Below, one piece after another: positions 56,342 through 64,000 of a stretch of 64,000 nt of DNA. Position 1 is the first letter of the stretch; each line of letters starts with the position of its first letter. A program made the translations under genes and the position numbers. Under the pieces are notes generated by a model. That model did not search any database. It saw nothing but the letters and a program-made list of their open reading frames with translations, and had not been told where the DNA came from. The stretch is from Octopus vulgaris (lineage: Eukaryota). Where the stretch lies: positions 68,386,001-68,450,000 of the forward strand of contig OX597820.1 of NCBI GenBank assembly GCA_951406725.2. The letters are read 5' to 3'.

Positions 56342-57025
56342 GGTCACGTATAAACATATGCCTTAGACTAATAATGTTGTTTACCACTAAACAGAACCGT
56401 CATATATTCACTTTTGATTTTTGGCATTGATATGGAATCCTGTCAATGCGTTCAGTGTATTAATAATAATGTTTCTAAAGGTACTTTTCAAAGCAATAAT
56501 TTCATTTCAAGCGCACAAATTCTTACTTTCTTAATACTAAACCATTAACTGCGTCATGCCGAACTTTTAACTGCATCATATAGCGATCATGAAATCTTTA
56601 AGAATTATAACCTTATAGTTGCTCGCAAATTTAATCTGTCGGAAACAATTTAGTATCAACACATCATAGATACTCTGGACAGAAAGATAATTCCCTTATA
56701 AAGACATTTGTCGTAGAGAAGTTGAGCCGTTAAATATTTACGATCGATTGAAATATCTATTAACAGTTGTATCGTATCAAGTGTCATCAGATAAAAGTAA
56801 TTCCTCGTTGATTGAGAAATATCTATCTATTTATATGATACAATAGAAAACGATGTAATTTAAGATGTAGCCTGAAAGTATGTTATCTGATCAGTGTACC
56901 TAATAAAATTACTTTATATAAAATAAGCTCTATAATAACAGTTTTAAAGGTTTCTGGTCTTCTGCACAAGGAATGGAAGTGAATAGAAGGGTCAAAGTAA
57001 TGCCATAATCATTTTCACTTCAATA

Positions 57026-57203
57026 TTACAGCCACACCATCATCGTCGTCATCATCATCATCAGCAACAGCAGCAACAGCAGCAGCGGCGGCAACAACAA
57101 CAACACCAGCAACATCAACAGCAACAGCAACAGCAGCAGCAGTACAAATGCTACTAGCACCAACAGCGCCAGCACTACAACCACCACCACCACCACCACC
57201 ACC

Positions 57204-57237
<34 letters not shown>

Positions 57238-57400
57238 TCCTCGTCTTCATCGTTTTCGTCGTCATCATCATCCTCATCAGCATCATCATCATCGTCGTCG
57301 TCATCATCATCATCATCATTAATATTATGGTCGTAGTCGTCGTTTTTGTTACTGCTATTGCTCTCATCACTGCTACTTTTGTTGTTGCCGTTGTTGTTGT
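57026..57400. repeat. Mosaic trinucleotide array (CAT/CAG/CAA/CAC/CGT)
   Basis: Direct reading. Confidence 0.9.
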
Positions 57401-58155
57401 GAGTTAACTTAGATGAAAAAAAAAAAACCTCTTCTTAAATTATTTGCCCGTATTTCAAAATGTTCGGACGGACAATTTATATCAAAACAGTTTATATGAT
57501 TGCGTGATTGAAAGGAGTTAATGATTTGTTGAATTAGGTATTTCGATTCGCATAAGGGCAAAAGCTTTAGAAATATTTACAATGCTAATAAAGATACCAG
57601 AACACGCCTGATTTCCCGCCTCAATTATCATGCCTCTCTTCTTGCAATAATCTACCTATAGCACAACTCAAATAAGGTAGTCGAGCAAATACATGTTATA
57701 ATATATTCAAGTGTGAAAGAGTAGCGAGTTTCTCGGTGAACACTGATTAAGTTGCACCTCTGAATAATGCATCATTTCTCTAAGCCTCAGCTCATAGGAA
57801 ATCAGGTTCGACTTTGATTTCTTCATCTTATCTGGGGCCTGTAAAATGAGTTGATTAATTCGTCCGATGAAAGCTATACTGCAACAACTGGTCCTACCTC
57901 TTCTACTTATCACATTTACTGTGCCTATATATTATTGTGTCTCGGGATTGTCTTTCTGTTTTAATGCTTCACCGGGTTCGATTTCTACTCATTAATTATT
58001 TCAACCTCTTCAACAGTCGTTGAATCTGTCCGTTAACTTATTGAAGGGCTTGCAAGAAGCAACGAAAATTATAGAGAAAATAAATAAGTAAATGAGTGGA
58101 AATCGAACAATAAAATATGCTTCAACAAACGAATTCATATAAAGAATCTTGCAAA

Positions 58156-58932
<777 letters not shown>

Positions 58933-59495
58933 TTTTACACACACACACACACACATATACATATACACATGATAGATCGTTAGCCACTACACACATTGTT
59001 TGCTCTCCTTGTTTTTTCTGTGTCCCCTTCTGTAGAAGAGCGTAAGTTACGGCGAAGTAAAAACACCAACACCGATTGTCAAGCGGTGATGGGGTGACAA
59101 ACACAGACACAAAGACACACACACACACACACACATACACACACATCCACTTGCATGGCTCCCAAGTCTATAGTAGAATACACTTGACCAAGGTGCTACG
59201 CACTGGGACTGAACCATAAACCATGTGTTTGGGAAGTAAGCTTCTTACCACACAGTCACGCCTCTTCTGCGTATTTCAGTCATTCAACTGCAGCCAAGCT
59301 GGGATGCCACCTTGAAGGGTTTAAGAAAACGACCCAGGGACTGAATTCTTTTAAGGTCCGATATTATTTTATCGATGTCTTGCTGAGCCGCTTAGGTACG
59401 GTAGATTAAACGAATTATTACGAAGTGACTATCAGTGGGGTGAAACACAAACACAAACACAAAGTGACCTATACACTTATGTATGTGCGTGTGTA

Positions 59496-59532
<37 letters not shown>

Positions 59533-59647
59533 AATGGCTTCCGTACAGTCTACCACGACCGTTTCCACTCACAAGGCATGGTTGATCCGGGGCTATGGTA
59601 GGAGACTCTTGCCCAAGTTACCAAACTATGGGACTGGGTAATTTACT

Positions 59648-59858
59648 CTTTTACTCTTTTACTTGTTTCAGTCACTTGACTGTGGCCATGCTGGAGTACC
59701 ACCTTTAGTCGAGCAAATTGACTCCAGGACTTATTCTTTGGAAGCCTAGTACTTATTCTATCGGTCTCTTTTGCCGAACTGCTAATTTACGGGGACGTAA
59801 ACACACCAGCATCTGTTGTCAAGCAATGTTGGGGAAAAAACACAGACACACAAACATT

Positions 59859-59895
<37 letters not shown>

Positions 59896-60083
59896 ACACA
59901 CACACAGATACACACATATATATATATATCTGACAGGCTTCTTTCAGTTTCCATCTACCAAATCCACTCACAAGGCTTTGGTCGGCCCGAGGCTATAGTA
60001 GAAGACACTTGCCCAAGGTGCAGTGGGACTGAACCCGGAACCATGTGGTTGGTAAGCAAGCTACTTATCATACAGTCACTGCT
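59648..60083 (-). mobile_element. Full-length SINE family B
   Basis: Reverse complement of 48690-49081, with an internal (CA)n(TA)n tract. Confidence 0.9.
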
Positions 60084-60139
60084 ATATGTATGTATATGTA
60101 TGTATGTATATATGTATGTTTATATTTATGTATGTATGT

Positions 60140-60215
<76 letters not shown>

Positions 60216-60781
60216 ATATGTATGTGTGTATATATGTATGTTCATGTGTGTGTAAGAGGAAGAAAAAGAGAGAGTGGGGGAACAGAGAGAATGATTCAGT
60301 CAGTGAGGGATGAGAGAGTGAATAATTGATTATGTGATTGAACGAGAGAAAATTAGAGATATGTGTATTTTAGAGAAGTAATTGTCGAGAAATGATTTTT
60401 CCAGACAGTCTGAAAACTGAAATGTATAATTACATTTAATAACATCAATAGTATTAGTAAATATAATAACATTAAAACTATAATAATTACCACCACAAGC
60501 ACCACTCCATTACCTTCACCAGCACAACCTATATCAACATTAATATCAAGAGAAACAACAAAATAATCAACTCATCACCAGCAAAGGCCATTGGCGCAGA
60601 CACTTCCTCCAGACCAAACCATAAAGAACAAAAAATCAATTTCTTTCCTTTATTCTCACTTCAGAATTTAATTCAGAATAATGCGATTCATTGATTTAGG
60701 ACTTGACATATGATGCAAACTTTTGGAAAATGTAAAGTCACTTTAGATAATTAGAGATGGTAGAACAATTATACACGCATG

Positions 60782-60843
<62 letters not shown>

Positions 60844-61138
60844 ACTATGTTTGTATGTATCTATGTATATTTATATAGTTTACTTTTTCGTTAACATAAG
60901 ATCAACTAAAAAATATTCCATCAGGTGAGAGATAAATATTGTTTTTTTTAACGTACACAGTATATAATTATGAGCTACTAACAGTTTCATACTTTGAAGA
61001 CATTATATACCCAAGTTATAAAATATTCCATCTCCAGTTGATCCCTGGGCTCTGGGCACACGACCTATATAATTACAAATCAAGACAATAGAACACTTTT
61101 ACTGCTTAATCTGACGTTAGCCTGATCGAGCAGGAAAC

Positions 61139-61356
61139 TATTCTTTTCTACTCTAGGAACAAGTCCCGAAATTATTGGGGAGGGGGGCCAGTGGATTAGA
61201 TTGACCCCAGTACCCAACTGGTACTTAATTTATCGACCCCGAAAGGATGAAGGGCAAAGTTGACTTCGGCAGAATTTAAAGTTAGAATGTGAAGACAGAC
61301 GAAATACGGCTACGCATTTCGCCCGGCGTGCTAACGTTTCTGCCAGCACGCCGCCT
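61139..61356 (-). mobile_element. Full-length SINE family A, tail type 1
   Basis: Matches 14203-14410 and 32377-32548. Confidence 0.88.
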
Positions 61357-61927
61357 TGTTGGTAAGAATATTGTATAAGCATTCATTAAAAAGTGTGTTT
61401 GAGCAGAGGACATTACGGAATACTCTTCGCCTATGTTTTATTTTTGATTTATTTATTTACTTTCTTAAGTGAAATTAGCAAGTAGCGAATAAATCGAACA
61501 CATTATTGATATGAGGGATAAATATGATACATAACAGGAAATAATTTTTTTTTGCCAATCCTTTTTTGTTTTTGTATATATTATTACAGTGCAGCGAATG
61601 GAGCCAAACTCCCTACTGATATTCATTAAAACTGGGCGATATTAGAGTTCGTTGTTGTTATTGAATATGTAATGCATTTGGTTTGTGTTAGAAATGCAGT
61701 GATTGGGTGCAGTATGCTGAATACATGTTGTAAGTTGCCAATATGAGAGTTGTTGATTCACATATGACTCTTTCTAAGAATTCTTTTGGTTTGGGCATGA
61801 TATTACGAAGTGGTTCTGATTTAGATGCTCTATGTTTTATTAGGCATAAAATTATTATCATCATCTCCATTTTCCAGATGTTGGATATTCGGAAGTGTTA
61901 GCATGAGATGTTAAAATGGCGTGTGTG

Positions 61928-62022
61928 ATAATTCCCTTGGGCATTAAATGTATATTTATGGTCGTGTCAGTCCTCGGGGCGTCTCTTGTGTCTGGCGGAA
62001 AGGAAGGAAGGAATAGGTCAAT
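61928..62022. repeat. About 95-bp dispersed direct repeat; second copy at 63318-63413
   Basis: ataatt...tgtatatttat.gtcgtgtcagtcctcg.ggcgt...ggaaaggaag.aaggaataggtcaat occurs in both. Confidence 0.8.
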
Positions 62023-62063
62023 CCCCTTCCTAGGTGTCGCGTTTGGTGCCTCCTGTTGCATAG

Positions 62064-62108
<45 letters not shown>

Positions 62109-63043
62109 TTATCTATCTCAATAGATAGAGAAATGCATTATACGTGTGTGTATGTATAAGCAACCAATGCATGCGTATATACACGCGTGCACACAATATA
62201 TACAGATACACAGATATATAAATCCCAAAGTAATTTGGGTAGTGATATTGTTAATAGAAAAAAATCTAATAGATATATAACGAGCGTTCGTCCAGTTTGC
62301 TTGCTAAAGCTTAATACAAAATTAAGCAGTGACATTATATGAAGCTCACCACCATAGATTTTTACAGTTATAAGTACAGAAAATATGTGAAGGCATAATA
62401 ATGCTTGTGACATTTGATAAAATGCAAAAAAGGTTCATGAATTTTTCATATTTAATAATAAGCGCTAGACATAATGACTACAACACAATATTGGCTGCTA
62501 ACAAAACCCGGAGAATATTTCTCCAAGAAATGTATCTAGTATTAATTTTATTATTGATCTGGAGAACTGTTTCGGATTGAAATATCGACAAAAATATAAC
62601 AAAAAATAATAAATAAAATTAAAGGCGGGATTTGCACTGTAATAATGACTTGCCGGTGTCTTGCGATGGAAAAGTACCAGGAACCGCAGCTGCATTACCT
62701 ATAAATTAGATTCTTGTAGAAAAAGTCATGTAGGGTATAATATTCGCTGCATGTAAAAAAAGAAATGTTCAATTTAAAAGAGATGTGGCAGGCAGTGTGA
62801 CGCTTGCCATTTTGCTATCTTTTATTTGTCCCAGTCATTGAAGTTCGGCCTTGAAAAATTTAGTTCAACAAATTGATTCCAATATTTATTTTCTAATTCC
62901 GGTGCTTATTTCACCGGTTCTATTTTACGGAACCGCCATATCACGAGGTGAAAGCAAAACAGTAACCGGTTCTCAAGCGGTATGGTGAAAACGGTCGCAA
63001 TGAAAAAGATATACACCTAAATAACCAAATAACCAACCACACG

Positions 63044-63112
<69 letters not shown>

Positions 63113-63705
63113 ACACCCCACACACCCACCCACACACACACAAACACACGAAAGGATTCCGCACAGTGTCCGTCAACAAAATCGCCCCACAAGACATTGG
63201 TCAGCCCGAGGCTATTGCAGAAAACACTTCTCAATATCGCTCAATGAGACTGACCCCCCCCCAAATATGGTTGCAAAGTGAGTTTTTAACCATGGAGATG
63301 TGAAAAAGGCAAGTCTGATAATTGCCTCGGGCGTTAAGTGTATATTTATTGTCGTGTCAGTCCTCGAGGCGTTTTTTTTGTATCTGGTGGAAAGGAAGAA
63401 AGGAATAGGTCAATTTAATAGAAGGAATGAAGGCGCATTAACTTCACATGTGTGTTTCCCTCTATAATAATTTTCAGAAAAATTATGTTTATATGCTCTT
63501 ACAAAACATCTTAAACTTAGTGACGTTTGACAACTTTGTGGTTTATTATCCTTACATGATTATTATATTTTTAAAAGCTTTGTTTAAGAATGAAGATCAG
63601 TGCTCTCATGACCTTTTTGATGGTATTTCGTAACTGGAATGAAACGGGATAAATATATTCGGTGTTGAAACTGAAGACCTGTTCTCAATATATATATATA
63701 TACAA

Positions 63706-64000
63706 CAATGTGGTTTACTCTGTTGTGTCTGGGGAGAGTCATTTTCTTTTTGTGCTTTATAATTTAACACACCGGTAAAATTTCCACTTATTTTTATTTT
63801 CCTAAAATATTCGTTGCGTCTTGCAGCCTTTTCAGTAGTCTTGACTCTTATTGAAAGGGTTGCAAGACGCAACAAAAATTCTAGGAAAGTAAAAATAAGA
63901 AATAAGTGGAAATTTTACCGGTGCGTGTGTTAAATTATAAGGCATAAAAAGAAAATTACTCCCCCCAGACACAACAGAATATGCTTCAACACACGAACTC
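63706..64000. mobile_element. Fold-back (palindromic) non-coding element centred at about 63841, running off the window end
   Basis: 63719-63838 is the reverse complement of about 63848-63978; related pieces at 22196-22335 and 58000-58157. Confidence 0.85.

Noticed and set aside
57758-57838. 81-nt minus-strand exon candidate (APDKMKK...HYSE)
   Set aside because: Acceptor is plausible but the donor (GTGCAA) is weak and the peptide is unrecognised.

Overview
AT-rich, microsatellite-saturated eukaryotic DNA with no recognisable host protein-coding gene. The SINE families and repeat make-up resemble an Octopus (coleoid cephalopod) genome; this is recognition, not a database result. Almost every ORF in the track is a translated microsatellite. 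The real coding content is transposon-derived: five R4/Dong-type RLE LINE copies, four of them sitting in (TAA)n arrays at 5.8-14 kb; a second RLE LINE family abutting (CATA)n; two Penelope-like elements (a Neptune-type RT+GIY-YIG ORF and a Naiad-like GIY-YIG); a mariner deletion derivative; Tc1 and maT (DD37D) relics; a complete non-autonomous Helitron; and at least four tRNA-derived SINE families. Two patterns stand out. First, about ten minimal type-I hammerhead ribozyme motifs occur in several unrelated repeat families, with family-specific palindromic stem III sequences; many are in small non-coding or fold-back elements. Second, retroelement families appear to partition the microsatellite classes, and for the RLE families the orientation is strand-specific: (TAA)n, (CATA)n, (TCTA)n and (TA)n. 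Coordinates were read by eye and may be off by a few bases.
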